Source: Chlorobiota bacterium (GTDB lineage Bacteria > Bacteroidota > Ignavibacteria > OLB7). Taken from it: a DNA stretch of 64,000 bases. Of this stretch, positions 21,769 to 32,521 are shown one piece after another (the stretch's first letter is position 1; each line of letters opens with the position of its first letter). Below the pieces are notes generated by a model. It had not been told where the DNA came from, did not search any database, and worked only from the letters and a program-made list of their open reading frames with translations. The stretch spans positions 72,225 through 136,224 of the forward strand of contig JAQBOZ010000017.1 in assembly GCA_028287785.1 (NCBI GenBank), in the 5' to 3' direction. The position numbers and the translations under genes were made by a program.

Positions 21769-23583
21769 ATGAACCATATTAGAAATTTCTGCATCATTGC
21801 GCATATAGATCACGGCAAATCGACGCTGGCTGACCGTCTTCTGGAGACAACCGGACGGATCACGGCGCGCGAGATGACCACCAACCAGGTTCTTGACGAC
21901 AACCCCCTTGAACAGGAGAGGGGTATCACCATCAAGCTTCATGCAATCCAGATGGATTACAAGCGGAAGCCGGAGACTGGCGATACGGCGAACTACGTCC
22001 TGAACCTGATCGATACCCCCGGCCACGTCGACTTCAGCTATGAGGTCTCCCGCTCGCTTGCCGCGTGCGAGGGGGCGCTCCTGGTGGTGGACGCCACGCA
22101 GGGGGTGGAGGCGCAGACAATCGCGAACCTCTACCTGGCGATCGAAGCCGGGCTGGAGATCATCCCGGTCATCAACAAGATCGATCTTCCCTCCGCCGCA
22201 ACAACGCTTCCCGGTGTCAAGCAGCAGGTGCTGGATCTCCTCGGCTGCAAGGAGGAGGATATGATCCTTGCCTCGGCCAAGGCCGGTATCGGCATCGATG
22301 AGATTCTCGAGGCCATCGTCGCCAGGATTCCATCGCCGCGCGGCAACCCGGCCGCACAACTGCGGGCGCTGATCTTCGACTCCCTCTTCGACAGCTATCG
22401 TGGCGCCATCACCTACGTGCGCGTGGTGGATGGGGAGCTGCACGAGGGGCAGAAGATCAAGTTCATGCACAGCAAGCGGGAGTACATCGTGGAGGAGGCG
22501 GGCGTTCTCCACATGGACCGGATCAGGACCAAGGTGATCCCCTGCGGCTCCGTGGGATACTTTACCGCGGCCATCAAGGATGTGAAGGATACCAAGGTCG
22601 GCGATACCGTCACCACCGCCAAGGATGGCGCCGAGCTGCCGATTCCCGGATTCCGCGAGGTGAAGCCGATGGTCTTTGCCGGCCTCTATCCCGCCGATTC
22701 CGATGACTACGAGGCACTGCGGGATGCGCTTGGCAAGCTCTCGCTGAACGATTCCGCGATTCTCTACGAGCCTGAGACCTCCACGGCGCTCGGCTTCGGG
22801 TTCCGCTGCGGCTTCCTCGGCATGCTCCACATGGAGATCGTCCAGGAGCGGCTGGAGCGGGAGTTCGATCAGACGCTGGTGACCACGATCCCGAACGTCG
22901 AGTACATCGTCACCAAGACGAACGGCGAGCAGGTGACGATCGATAATCCGGCCGATCTGCCGCCGGTGGGACAGATTGAGACGATCGAGGAGCCATATAT
23001 CAAGGCGCAGATCATCTGCCCGGCCGAGTATATCGGCGTGGTGACGAAGCTCTGCATCGAGCGGCGCGGGATCTACAAGAACACCACCTACATCTCGCAG
23101 TCCCGCGTCGATCTGACGTTCGAGCTGCCGCTGGCGGAGGTGATCTTCGATTTCTACGACAAGCTGAAGTCCGGCTCGCGCGGGTACGCGTCGCTGGATT
23201 ACGAGGTGATCGGCATGCGGGAGGGGGATCTGGTGAAGATCGATATCCTTCTGAACAACGATCCGGTGGATGCGCTCTCGATGATCATCCATCGCTCGAA
23301 ATCCTACGGCTACGGACGGAAGCTCTGCGCGAAGCTCCGGGAGTTGATCCCGAGACAGATGTTCGAGATCGCGATTCAGGCCGCTATCGGCGCCAAGATC
23401 ATCGCCCGCGACACCATCAAGGCGATGCGGAAGGATGTGATCGCCAAGTGCTACGGCGGCGATATCTCCCGCAAGCGGAAGCTCCTCGAAAAGCAGAAGG
23501 AGGGGAAGAAGCGGATGAAGCAGGTCGGCGCGGTCGAAATCCCCCAGGAGGCATTTCTCGCCGTGCTTTCGATGGATGACTGA
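21769..23583 (+). CDS. lepA: Elongation factor 4
   Basis: [53 protein letters not shown]. Confidence 0.98.
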   Translation: MNHIRNFCIIAHIDHGKSTLADRLLETTGRITAREMTTNQVLDDNPLEQERGITIKLHAIQMDYKRKPETGDTANYVLNLIDTPGHVDFSYEVSRSLAACEGALLVVDATQGVEAQTIANLYLAIEAGLEIIPVINKIDLPSAATTLPGVKQQVLDLLGCKEEDMILASAKAGIGIDEILEAIVARIPSPRGNPAAQLRALIFDSLFDSYRGAITYVRVVDGELHEGQKIKFMHSKREYIVEEAGVLHMDRIRTKVIPCGSVGYFTAAIKDVKDTKVGDTVTTAKDGAELPIPGFREVKPMVFAGLYPADSDDYEALRDALGKLSLNDSAILYEPETSTALGFGFRCGFLGMLHMEIVQERLEREFDQTLVTTIPNVEYIVTKTNGEQVTIDNPADLPPVGQIETIEEPYIKAQIICPAEYIGVVTKLCIERRGIYKNTTYISQSRVDLTFELPLAEVIFDFYDKLKSGSRGYASLDYEVIGMREGDLVKIDILLNNDPVDALSMIIHRSKSYGYGRKLCAKLRELIPRQMFEIAIQAAIGAKIIARDTIKAMRKDVIAKCYGGDISRKRKLLEKQKEGKKRMKQVGAVEIPQEAFLAVLSMDD

Positions 23584-23763
23584 TGCGTTCGGGGGAACAT
23601 CGCAAACGGCGCGCGCGATCCACGGGCCGCGGGCCCGATGGAAGGGGATTGCAGGGTAACATTATCGCGCGAGCAGGCGTAGGGGGCAGATCGCCCACGG
23701 CTTTTTCCGCTCGGAGATATGCCGGGGCATCATCAAGTTCAGTTGAGTAGACACCAGACAGTT

Positions 23764-24726
23764 ATGAACGCAGAAGAACGGAAGCGTATACTCGCGGGAA
23801 GGAAGGGCTCCAACAAGCGCTCCACCAACGCCCGGAATCCCGGAGCCGGAACCACGCCGGGGGAGCCGCCGCGCACGTTCGGCGAGGAGCTTCTCTCATG
23901 GGTGAAGACCATCGTCAGCGCGTTGCTGATCGTGATGGTGGTCAACGGCCTGCTGATCGCCTCCTTCGTGGTCCCCACCGGATCGATGGAGAATGAGGTG
24001 ATGGCGGGGGATTTCCTCTTCGTCAACAAGTTCATCTACGGCGGCTCCACCCCACAGACCATTCCGTTCCTCGATACCCCTCTGCCATACTATCGATTCC
24101 CCGGCATCCGCGAGCCGAAGAAAGGGGACGTTATCGTCTTCATCTTCCCCGGCATGCGCGATCAGCGGAAGGCCGATGAGTTCCAGTACTATCTGAAGCG
24201 CTGCGTTGCCGTCGCCGGCGATACTCTCCAGGTGAAGAACAAGAAGGTCTTCATCAACGGCCAGGAGCAGCCCACGCCGACCAACGCGCGGTTCGAGCCG
24301 GGCCTGCCCCAGCCCGACGACACCCTCCGCACCTTTCCCGAATATGCCCACTATACCCGCGACAACTGGGGTCCGGTCCGCATTCCGAAAAAGGGGGATG
24401 TGATTCAGATGAACGATTCCACCTTCTATCGCTGGTACATTTTCATTCAGCGGGAAGGGCATGAGGTGGAGAAGGAAGGGCAGATTGTGACGGTCGATGG
24501 GAAGCCGGCCACATCCTACACGGTACAGCGCGACTACTGTTTCGGCATGGGAGACAATCGCGATAACTCGCTCGACAGCCGCTACTGGGGCTTTGTTCCC
24601 ATCGAAAATGTCGTGGGGACGCCCCTGTTTGTCTACTGGTCGTGGGACCCCAACCTCTCCCTTTCGCAGCTTGGCGACAAACTGAGCTCGATACGGTGGA
24701 GCAGAATATTCAAGGGGGTTCACTGA
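23764..24726 (+). CDS. lepB: Signal peptidase I
   Basis: VPTGSME (Ser), YLKRC (Lys), MGDNRDNSLDSRYWG. Confidence 0.95.
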   Translation: MNAEERKRILAGRKGSNKRSTNARNPGAGTTPGEPPRTFGEELLSWVKTIVSALLIVMVVNGLLIASFVVPTGSMENEVMAGDFLFVNKFIYGGSTPQTIPFLDTPLPYYRFPGIREPKKGDVIVFIFPGMRDQRKADEFQYYLKRCVAVAGDTLQVKNKKVFINGQEQPTPTNARFEPGLPQPDDTLRTFPEYAHYTRDNWGPVRIPKKGDVIQMNDSTFYRWYIFIQREGHEVEKEGQIVTVDGKPATSYTVQRDYCFGMGDNRDNSLDSRYWGFVPIENVVGTPLFVYWSWDPNLSLSQLGDKLSSIRWSRIFKGVH

Positions 24727-24825
24727 TCCGGTCAGGGCTGGAATCGGTGCCGTGGCCTGAGAGGCCCCTCCGGGGCTTATCGCTCCGATCTCTCATAGAT
24801 TCCGTGAAGCGGGGATGATCCATCG

Positions 24826-25701
24826 ATGGATGTTCCAGAACAAGTTTCCAGCGAGCCTTCGGCACCGGCCCGGCCCGATTCCGGACCACTTTCTGAGGAT
24901 CGGCGCCGGCTGCGAATCCTTGTACGGATACTGCTGATCACCGGCCTTGTCCTGGTTCTGGTCCGGGTATTTATCCTGGAACCGTATGCGATTCCCACCG
25001 GCTCCATGCGGCCGGTAATCCTCGAGGGGGATGTTATCCTGGTGAGCAAGCTCCCCTACAGGATTCGTTCGCTCAGATATCTTCCGTTCACCCAAACACC
25101 GCTCCCGTATCTGGAGCTTCCCGGCCTTGGTCATCTCGAACGGGGCGATGTCGTGGTGTTCGATTATCCGTTTCCGAGCGAGATCAACCCCGGCGAGGGG
25201 ACGCAGTATGTGAAGCGCGCCTTGGCGATTGCCGGCGATACGGTGCAGTTGGTTGAGGGGCGGATCAGGGTGAACGGCCGTGAGGTCCCCTCCCGCTGGG
25301 GTGTCGAGGAGGATGGCCGCAACCGGCGGGCCCCCGTGATCCCGGAACAGGCATCGCGCCTCTTTCGCGCCGGCGATCCGGTTGTTACCCCCTTCAAGGG
25401 CTACGAGATTCAGATCGATTCGGTCATCGCCGAACGGTGGCGGCTGGTGATGGAGGGGGAGGGCTACTCCGTCGGCTTCCGCAATCATATCGTCTTCATC
25501 GGCGGGCTTCCGGCAACGCGATACACGTTCAAGCGGGATTATTTCCTGGCGCTCGGGGATAACTCCCTGATCAGCAAGGACAGCCGGTACTTCGGGTTCG
25601 TTCCGTACGATAATCTAATCGGCCGGGCCTGGATGATCTACTGGTCCCGCGATCCCGACGATGGCGTTCGATGGGGCCGTATCTGCAATCTCATTCGTTG
25701 A
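24826..25701 (+). CDS. lepB: Signal peptidase I, second paralog
   Basis: IPTGSMR, YVKRA, LGDNSLISKDSRYFG. Confidence 0.9.
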   Translation: MDVPEQVSSEPSAPARPDSGPLSEDRRRLRILVRILLITGLVLVLVRVFILEPYAIPTGSMRPVILEGDVILVSKLPYRIRSLRYLPFTQTPLPYLELPGLGHLERGDVVVFDYPFPSEINPGEGTQYVKRALAIAGDTVQLVEGRIRVNGREVPSRWGVEEDGRNRRAPVIPEQASRLFRAGDPVVTPFKGYEIQIDSVIAERWRLVMEGEGYSVGFRNHIVFIGGLPATRYTFKRDYFLALGDNSLISKDSRYFGFVPYDNLIGRAWMIYWSRDPDDGVRWGRICNLIR

Positions 25702-25780
25702 TCGGTCACGGCAATGACGTGGACCCGGCGACGGTTCTCCAGGCCACGTGGAACGGTGGTTTCGTGGCGCAGGCATTTAC

Positions 25781-27007
25781 ATGGCGGGTCTCTACATCCA
25801 TATCCCCTTCTGCGAGAAGAAGTGCATCTACTGCAGCTTCTACTCGATCGAAACGATCGAGGGGAAGGGGCGATTTCTGAGCGCCGTGGTTCGAGAGATC
25901 GATATGCGGGCCGACGCGCTGGAGGCGGCCGGAGAGGCGCCCCGGCTCTACGATACGATCTTCTTCGGGGGAGGAACGCCATCGCTGCTGTCACCGGAGG
26001 AGATCGGCTCCATCATGGCGGCGCTGCGGCGACGTTTTACGATCGGCGACGATGCCGAGATCACCATGGAGTGCAACCCCGGCGCCCTTACCGCGGAGTG
26101 GCTGGAGGGATATCGCTCGCTTGGCGTGAACCGGCTCAGCTTCGGCGTGCAGTCATTCCACGACGACGAACTTCGCTTCCTGAGCCGCATTCATACGGCG
26201 GATGAAGCGCGACGAAGCATCGCTCTGGCACGGAGTGTCTTCGAGAATGTTTCGCTTGACCTTATATTCGCCCTTCCAAATCAGACACGGGAGCGTTGGC
26301 GGAGCAATCTGCTTGAGGGGATACGACTTGGAACCGGCCATATCAGCGCATATTCGTTGATTTTCGAGGAAGGAACCAGATTGAACGCGATGCGTCTGGC
26401 CGGTGAGGTAACTCCCGCGCCGGAGGATCTGGATGCCGATATGTACGAGGAGACGATGTCGACCCTCGCCGGGCACGGTTTCGAGCAGTACGAGGTAAGC
26501 AATTACGCTCGCCCCGGCCGGGAGTGCAGACATAACATCGGATACTGGGAGCGGAGAAGCTATATGGCGTTCGGCCCTTCGGCGCACGGCTTTCTTCGTG
26601 GTGCCGGAAGCCAGGTCCGATGGGGGAACATCTCCAACCTGAGCGCCTATCTGGGCGCGGTGGAGGAGGGGACGCTTCCGGTGGCATCGAGCGAAGTGCT
26701 CTCGCCGCAGCTTATGATCGAGGAGATCATCTTTCTCGGTCTCCGCAGCAGTGGGGTCATGCTCGACGAATTTCAGAAGATCGCCGGGATCGATCTCGCC
26801 GATATCGCGGCGAAGGAGATTGCGGCGTATGCCAATGATGGCTATGTGCTTCGGAACGGCGGGCGTCTGACGGTGACCCGGAAGGGATACGCATTCGCCG
26901 ATCGTATCGCTCTCGAGCTCATCAGCGCGGTGGAGCGGGGGCTTCCAACCCTAATGGAGCCCCGGCTGATACTGCCGAGCCTGACGGTCGTTGCTTCCGC
27001 AGCCTGA
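25781..27007 (+). CDS. hemW: Radical SAM heme chaperone HemW
   Basis: LYIHIPFCEKKCIYCSF, FFGGGTPS, YEVSNYA and HNIGYW. Confidence 0.92.
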   Translation: MAGLYIHIPFCEKKCIYCSFYSIETIEGKGRFLSAVVREIDMRADALEAAGEAPRLYDTIFFGGGTPSLLSPEEIGSIMAALRRRFTIGDDAEITMECNPGALTAEWLEGYRSLGVNRLSFGVQSFHDDELRFLSRIHTADEARRSIALARSVFENVSLDLIFALPNQTRERWRSNLLEGIRLGTGHISAYSLIFEEGTRLNAMRLAGEVTPAPEDLDADMYEETMSTLAGHGFEQYEVSNYARPGRECRHNIGYWERRSYMAFGPSAHGFLRGAGSQVRWGNISNLSAYLGAVEEGTLPVASSEVLSPQLMIEEIIFLGLRSSGVMLDEFQKIAGIDLADIAAKEIAAYANDGYVLRNGGRLTVTRKGYAFADRIALELISAVERGLPTLMEPRLILPSLTVVASAA

Positions 27008-27126
27008 CGGATAGATGCTGGCCCGGCACCCGATCAGGTGGTTTGAAGGTCGATGCCAAGCGCAGTCGGCCTTTGCATCATGTTCGATACCAGGATCTCT
27101 AATTAGTTATTAATCGAGGAGTTTCG

Positions 27127-30100
27127 ATGAAGCAATACACGCTGATCAATCGTGTTCTTGCAGGCGTGTCGTTTCTGGTCGCACTGATCACCTACACGCT
27201 GACGCTCCAGCCGTCGGTTCCGTTCTGGGATTGCGGTGAGTTCAGCGCGGCTACTGCCTGGCAGCAGGTTCCGCATCCCCCCGGAGCGCCGCTCTTCCTG
27301 ATCGTCGCCCGGTGGTTCCATATGATTCCCATCGGCGATCCTGGGTGGCGAATCAACATGGTTTCGGCGGTGAGTTCCGCCTTTACAGCCGCCGTCGTCT
27401 ATCTGATCGTCGTGAAGATGATCGAGCGGTGGCGTCCGTTCCGCGAGGGGCACTCCCCGATGAGCTACATCCCGACGTTTGGCGGGGCAATCATCGGCGC
27501 GCTTTCGTTCACCTGGTGCGATACGCAGTGGTTCAACTCCGTGGAGTCCGAGGTGTATGCCGCCGGAACGCTCCTTATCGCCATCCTGATCTGGCTGATG
27601 ATGCGCTGGAACGAGGTCGCGGAAAAGCGGGGACACGAGCGGTATCTGCTGCTGATGGCCTATGTGGTCGGCCTGGCGTTCGGCGTTCACCTGCTGGCGC
27701 TCCTTGTGGTGCCGGCCGTCGCCATGGTGATCTACTTCCGTCGCTACAAGTTCACCCCGTGGAGCTTCACCGTGATGCTCGGCATCACCGGCATCGTCTT
27801 CTTCTTCCTCGTCTACAAGGCTCCGCTTCAGTATATCCCGAAGCTCACCGCCATCAACCCGATTATCGGCTTCATGGTGGTGGTTGCGCTGCTTGGAGTT
27901 CTCTGGTGGTCCGTGCGCGAACGGAAGACGGTGGTCTATCTTTCAACCGCATCGTTCCTTCTGATCCTCCTCGGGTTTACCACCTACGCCCACATCCTCA
28001 TGCGCGCAAACGCTCATCCGGTGATGAACGAGAACGAGCCGGATACCGTGAGCGAGCTGGTGGGCTATCTGGGCCGCGAACAGTACGGCAACCGCGGATC
28101 GTGGCCGCGCCGGCAGGAGACCGAATCGTACTACCGGCAGTATCAGGACAAGTACGGCGAGTGGTTTGAGCCGGTGGGCCGCAACGATGACGGCACCTAT
28201 CAGTACGATCAGGTCAACGTTGCCGGTGAGGTGAACTTCCTGCTGAAGTACCAGTGCTATCACATGTATTTCCGCTATCTCCTCTGGAATTTCTACGGTC
28301 GGGTCAGCGATGTTCAGGATGCGGAGGCCGCCGGGTTCAGTGTGAACCCGCAGGAAAAGGCGCAGTTTATCACGCCGACCGGCTACCCCGATGTGTTCCC
28401 GATCCGCTTCTTCGCGCTGCCGTTTCTCCTTGGGCTGATCGGCATGTTCTACCATTTCAAGCGCGACTGGAAGATGGCGCTGGCGTTTATGACGCTCTTT
28501 CTGCTGCTGGGCATCGTCGCCACATTGCAACAGAACCAGCAGCAGCCGCAGCCGCGCGAGCGTGATTACTTCTACGTGGGCTCCTTCATGGTCTTCGCGA
28601 TGTGGATCGGTATCGGCGTCACCGGTATCGCCGAACAGCTCGGAAAGCCGAAGCTGGTGGAGTCGGATGAGGAGGATGGCGAACTGCACGAGCAGGGCGT
28701 GGGCCGCGTGGGCCTGATGACGGCGATCGTGGCGGTCGGCTTCGTCATGGCGCCGCTCAACATGGCGGTCGGTGGCTGGAAGGCGCACGATCGATCCAAG
28801 AACTGGGTGCCGTGGGATTATGCCTACAACATCCTCCAGAGTTGCGAGAAGGATGCGATCCTCTTCTGCAACGGTGATAACGACACCTTCCCTCTCTGGT
28901 ACATGCAGGATGTCGCCGGCGTGCGGCAGGATATCCGTGTGGTCAATCTCTCGCTGGGACAGACCCCGTGGTATATCTGGCAGTTGAAGAACGAGCGGCC
29001 CTGGAACGCCAAGCAGGTCCCCATCAGCTTCTCCAACGAGATGCTGAAGAAGGGAGAGGATGAGGAGGGAGGGCTCCGTCCGGAGATCGCCCGCGAGGCG
29101 CAGACCGTTGTTATCGATGTTCCCGCCGACGTTATGTCCTGGGCCACCAACGGCAAGAACGCGCAGGCCGGAAAGATGGAATGGAAGATGCGCGGTGGCG
29201 ATTATCCGGGACAGGCACAGGGGACCTTCATGGGCGTCCAGCACAAGCTGGTTCGCGATATCATGGAGACCAACCACTGGAAGCGCCCGATCTACTTCTC
29301 CTCCTCCACCCAGAGCGATGTCTGGTCGGGCCTGGAGAACTATTTCAGGACCGAGGGAATGGCCTACCGGATCATGCCGGTGCCGCAGCCGCAGAACTCC
29401 ATCAACCTGGATGTGATGCGGAAATGCCTCCTGGGCGTCCTTCCCGGCAACGACTTCAAGACCGATCCGTCCTACGGCTTCAAGTTCCGCTATCTGAACG
29501 ACAAGAGCGCCTTCTTCATGGATGATCACCGTCGTCTGGTGGTCACCTACCGTCTGCTGTACGACCGTCTGGCGCAGTACGAGCTGACCGAGGGGAAGAA
29601 CCCGAAGGGGGCAATCGCGGCGCTCGACAAGCTGGAGCAGGAGATCGACCCGGATATGTTCAACATGCCGTATCAGATCTCCCAGGAGATCGCCCGGATC
29701 TACAAGGAGGCCGGCGCTCCGGAGAAGGCGGCGAAGTACGCAAAGCTGACCCTCAAGGCGCTGGATGAGCAGAAGGATATCGATGACAACGGCGGAACAT
29801 CCCGCTACAGCGGCAGCCCGGCGGAGGTGCTTGCGGCGCGTGCGGCGATGTACGAGCTGATGGGTGATTATGATCGCGCGAAGAAGGAGTACCAGACGCA
29901 GGATCAGAACAACCCGAACGTCCGCGGGCAGATCGAGCTGATCGACCTCCAGCAGTTCCTCGACAAGAAGGATACGGCCGGCGCCATCAACCAGCTCAAG
30001 AAGATCATTGCCGGCTACGGCAAGGATTCCAGCAATACGGCGATGCAGCGGAACGCCGAGGTCTTCAAGCAGCGGCTCTCCGAGCTGATGAAGACGCCGA

Positions 30101-30156
30101 TCGACAATACCTCGGTAAGCGACTCCACGGCCGGCTCATCGGCGCGCGGCAACTGA
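27127..30156 (+). CDS. DUF2723 / TMEM260-like multi-pass GT-C glycosyltransferase with a helical (TPR-like) C-terminus
   Basis: FWDCGEF..A....VPHPPGAPLF, ESEVY, RERDYFY and NGDNDTFPLWY motifs; many TM segments. Confidence 0.85.
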   Translation: MKQYTLINRVLAGVSFLVALITYTLTLQPSVPFWDCGEFSAATAWQQVPHPPGAPLFLIVARWFHMIPIGDPGWRINMVSAVSSAFTAAVVYLIVVKMIERWRPFREGHSPMSYIPTFGGAIIGALSFTWCDTQWFNSVESEVYAAGTLLIAILIWLMMRWNEVAEKRGHERYLLLMAYVVGLAFGVHLLALLVVPAVAMVIYFRRYKFTPWSFTVMLGITGIVFFFLVYKAPLQYIPKLTAINPIIGFMVVVALLGVLWWSVRERKTVVYLSTASFLLILLGFTTYAHILMRANAHPVMNENEPDTVSELVGYLGREQYGNRGSWPRRQETESYYRQYQDKYGEWFEPVGRNDDGTYQYDQVNVAGEVNFLLKYQCYHMYFRYLLWNFYGRVSDVQDAEAAGFSVNPQEKAQFITPTGYPDVFPIRFFALPFLLGLIGMFYHFKRDWKMALAFMTLFLLLGIVATLQQNQQQPQPRERDYFYVGSFMVFAMWIGIGVTGIAEQLGKPKLVESDEEDGELHEQGVGRVGLMTAIVAVGFVMAPLNMAVGGWKAHDRSKNWVPWDYAYNILQSCEKDAILFCNGDNDTFPLWYMQDVAGVRQDIRVVNLSLGQTPWYIWQLKNERPWNAKQVPISFSNEMLKKGEDEEGGLRPEIAREAQTVVIDVPADVMSWATNGKNAQAGKMEWKMRGGDYPGQAQGTFMGVQHKLVRDIMETNHWKRPIYFSSSTQSDVWSGLENYFRTEGMAYRIMPVPQPQNSINLDVMRKCLLGVLPGNDFKTDPSYGFKFRYLNDKSAFFMDDHRRLVVTYRLLYDRLAQYELTEGKNPKGAIAALDKLEQEIDPDMFNMPYQISQEIARIYKEAGAPEKAAKYAKLTLKALDEQKDIDDNGGTSRYSGSPAEVLAARAAMYELMGDYDRAKKEYQTQDQNNPNVRGQIELIDLQQFLDKKDTAGAINQLKKIIAGYGKDSSNTAMQRNAEVFKQRLSELMKTPIDNTSVSDSTAGSSARGN

Positions 30157-30267
30157 CGCCGATATGAGGCGGTTTTCCGGCTCATTACCTGATTAACGCG
30201 GATACGTGCCGGTGGTGGCACATGCCTTCGGGCAGCTTCCACCGGCACGTTCTGTATATTTACCCGT

Positions 30268-31008
30268 ATGAACCTCTCCTTCATCGTTCCGGCCTATAAC
30301 GAATCCGAGCGTATCGAGGCTTCGATCATCAAGATGATCGATTATTTCTCGCGGCAGCCCTACGCCTACGAGGTGATCGTGGTGGATGATGGATCGCGCG
30401 ATAATACGCCGGATATTGTTCGGCGCTATGCGGGCGAACGGATTCGCCTGCTCCAGCAGCCACGCAACATGGGGAAGGGGGCAGCGGTCCGGCGCGGGAT
30501 GCTGGAGGGAAAAGGGGACTATCGAATCTTCTCCGATGCCGATTTCTCCACCCCGATCACCGAGACCGGACGGATGCTCGAGTTCCTGACATCGTATGAT
30601 GTGGTGATAGGGAGCCGGGCAATCGATGAGAGCTTTATCAGGGAACATCAGCCGTGGTATCGGGAGACGATGGGGAAGATCTTCAACAAGATGGTCCAGC
30701 TTGTGGCCGTGTCCGGGATCAAGGATACGCAATGCGGCTTCAAGGGCTTCCGTGGCGAGGCCGCGACGCAGATTTTCAGTCGCACATTGATCGATGGCTT
30801 CAGTTTCGACGTGGAAGCGCTCTTTCTGGCACGAAGTCTGGGGTACTCCATCAGGGAGATACCTGTTGAATGGTACAATGACGCGCGCTCCACGCTTAAC
30901 CCGATATCGGACTCGCTGAAGATGTTTCGCGAGTTGCTGAAGATCCGTTCGCTTCACCGCGACCGGCCGGTTTCCAGCTCGGTGCGGAAGGAGATCGGAT
31001 CGCACTGA
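30268..31008 (+). CDS. GT2 polyprenyl-phosphate hexose synthase (dolichyl-phosphate glucosyl/mannosyltransferase-like)
   Basis: VPAYNE, VVDDGSRD, NMGKGAAVRRG, DADFST, DTQCGFK, FSFDVE. Confidence 0.88.
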   Translation: MNLSFIVPAYNESERIEASIIKMIDYFSRQPYAYEVIVVDDGSRDNTPDIVRRYAGERIRLLQQPRNMGKGAAVRRGMLEGKGDYRIFSDADFSTPITETGRMLEFLTSYDVVIGSRAIDESFIREHQPWYRETMGKIFNKMVQLVAVSGIKDTQCGFKGFRGEAATQIFSRTLIDGFSFDVEALFLARSLGYSIREIPVEWYNDARSTLNPISDSLKMFRELLKIRSLHRDRPVSSSVRKEIGSH

Positions 31009-31084
31009 AGGGTGATAAACCGCGCGTTATATGCCTTCGCCGGGATCTCATGATGATGTGAGAACCTGATCAGACGGAGGAGCG

Positions 31085-31735
31085 ATGAACGACCAGCAGA
31101 ATGACCTTGAGGCGATTCACCAGAGTATCCGCGAGCGCTATCCGATGTATATCGTGAACCAGGGGTTCGAGCATTGGCTTCTCGATCGCACCGGTGCCGA
31201 TCTCACGGCGCTCGACCGGTATTTCCGCCTTCTGGATGACTACGGCTATCTCAGCGGCGACGGAACGCTCGCGGCGGATTATGCGGACATGCCCGGCCCA
31301 TCGGAGGTAACTGGCGATATCGAACGCCGTCTGGCCGGGCTGCCGCCGACGACCCTTGAAATGCTCGGTCGGGCAAGCGTGGAGGGGGAGCGGTTCAGAG
31401 TGGAGCCGCTGGCGATGCCGGGGGGAGGCCTCCATCAGGCGGAAGCGCTTCTTCAACCGGCGGTAACGGCCGGGGTGATTGCCTGCGACCGTGGAAGCTC
31501 CGACCTCTCTCCCCTGAAACATCGCTATCGATTCCTTCCGATGCGGACGCGGAAGATGGTCTACGACAGGCTTTCCGAGGCCCAGCGTGCGGACTATCAT
31601 GCGTCGCTGGTGGATTCGCTCAGCATGGAACTGGAACGGGCCGATGATCCCGGCGCTCGCGACATGATCAGCGGGATGATCAGCGAGCATAATAAAAGCG
31701 TTACCCGTCCCGACCCTCCGCCGGAAAAGGAGTAA
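31085..31735 (+). CDS. Hypothetical protein resembling the post-ATPase helical region of STAND/adenylate-cyclase-associated ATPases
   Basis: GGAGGAG RBS; LPP....L..ASVEGERF and YRF......VYD.L....R...H pattern; no Walker A. Confidence 0.55.
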   Translation: MNDQQNDLEAIHQSIRERYPMYIVNQGFEHWLLDRTGADLTALDRYFRLLDDYGYLSGDGTLAADYADMPGPSEVTGDIERRLAGLPPTTLEMLGRASVEGERFRVEPLAMPGGGLHQAEALLQPAVTAGVIACDRGSSDLSPLKHRYRFLPMRTRKMVYDRLSEAQRADYHASLVDSLSMELERADDPGARDMISGMISEHNKSVTRPDPPPEKE

Positions 31736-31891
31736 TCGCGCATGGCGCCATATCTCCCCCACGGATCGCGCCGGACGGGCCTGGAACCTCTACCCGATAT
31801 GAGCATCGCGGCTCCCGCCGAATCGCTGGCTCGCTCGTTGCAGTGAAATAACGGCGATGGCCGGTTGATGCATCCGCATGAGAAATACCGT

Positions 31892-32326
31892 ATGGAAAAT
31901 GTTAAAGAATGGTCGGCGGGGGGAGTAGTGTTGCGGCGTACCGGTGAAGGACAACTTGAAGTGCTGCTGATCCAGCATAGCATGCACAGAGGATGGAGCT
32001 TCCCGAAGGGATGGGTGGAGCCGGGGGAAACCCCGCAGCAGGCCGCCATCCGCGAAGTGGAGGAGGAGTCCGGCGTGCTAGCGGAGATCATCGCCGATCT
32101 TCCCCCAACGCGATACTTTTTCGTCAACCGGGAGAAGCAGCGCGTGGCGAAAACCGTTACCTGGTATCTTATGCGTTACCTGGGGGAGGGAAATCAGACT
32201 CATGCATTCGAGGTAAGCGCGGTGGAGTGGCTTCCGATCGAGGCCGTTCATACCCGGCTCAGCTATAAGAATGACAAGGATCTCTTCTCCGTCGCCCTTG
32301 GCGAAATCGTTCGCGCAACTCTCTGA
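31892..32326 (+). CDS. NUDIX hydrolase (Ap4A hydrolase-like)
   Basis: SAGGVV, WSFPKG and Nudix box GWVEPGETPQQAAIREVEEESG. Confidence 0.92.
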   Translation: MENVKEWSAGGVVLRRTGEGQLEVLLIQHSMHRGWSFPKGWVEPGETPQQAAIREVEEESGVLAEIIADLPPTRYFFVNREKQRVAKTVTWYLMRYLGEGNQTHAFEVSAVEWLPIEAVHTRLSYKNDKDLFSVALGEIVRATL

Positions 32327-32521
32327 TTCGGTTCCCCCAACTCTGATCCACCACGTCGCTGTCGCACGTCGTTGCTAAAAAAATGAATTGAAATTCCCGG
32401 AAAGAACGCTATGTTCGGGCCACTCCCCTCGGGGAGCTTCTTGTATAGGAGCTTCACCATCGGCTTTTTCTGCGCGCACAATGGCGCGCGTTACCGCTCA
32501 TAAACATTGAAGGTAGTCAGC

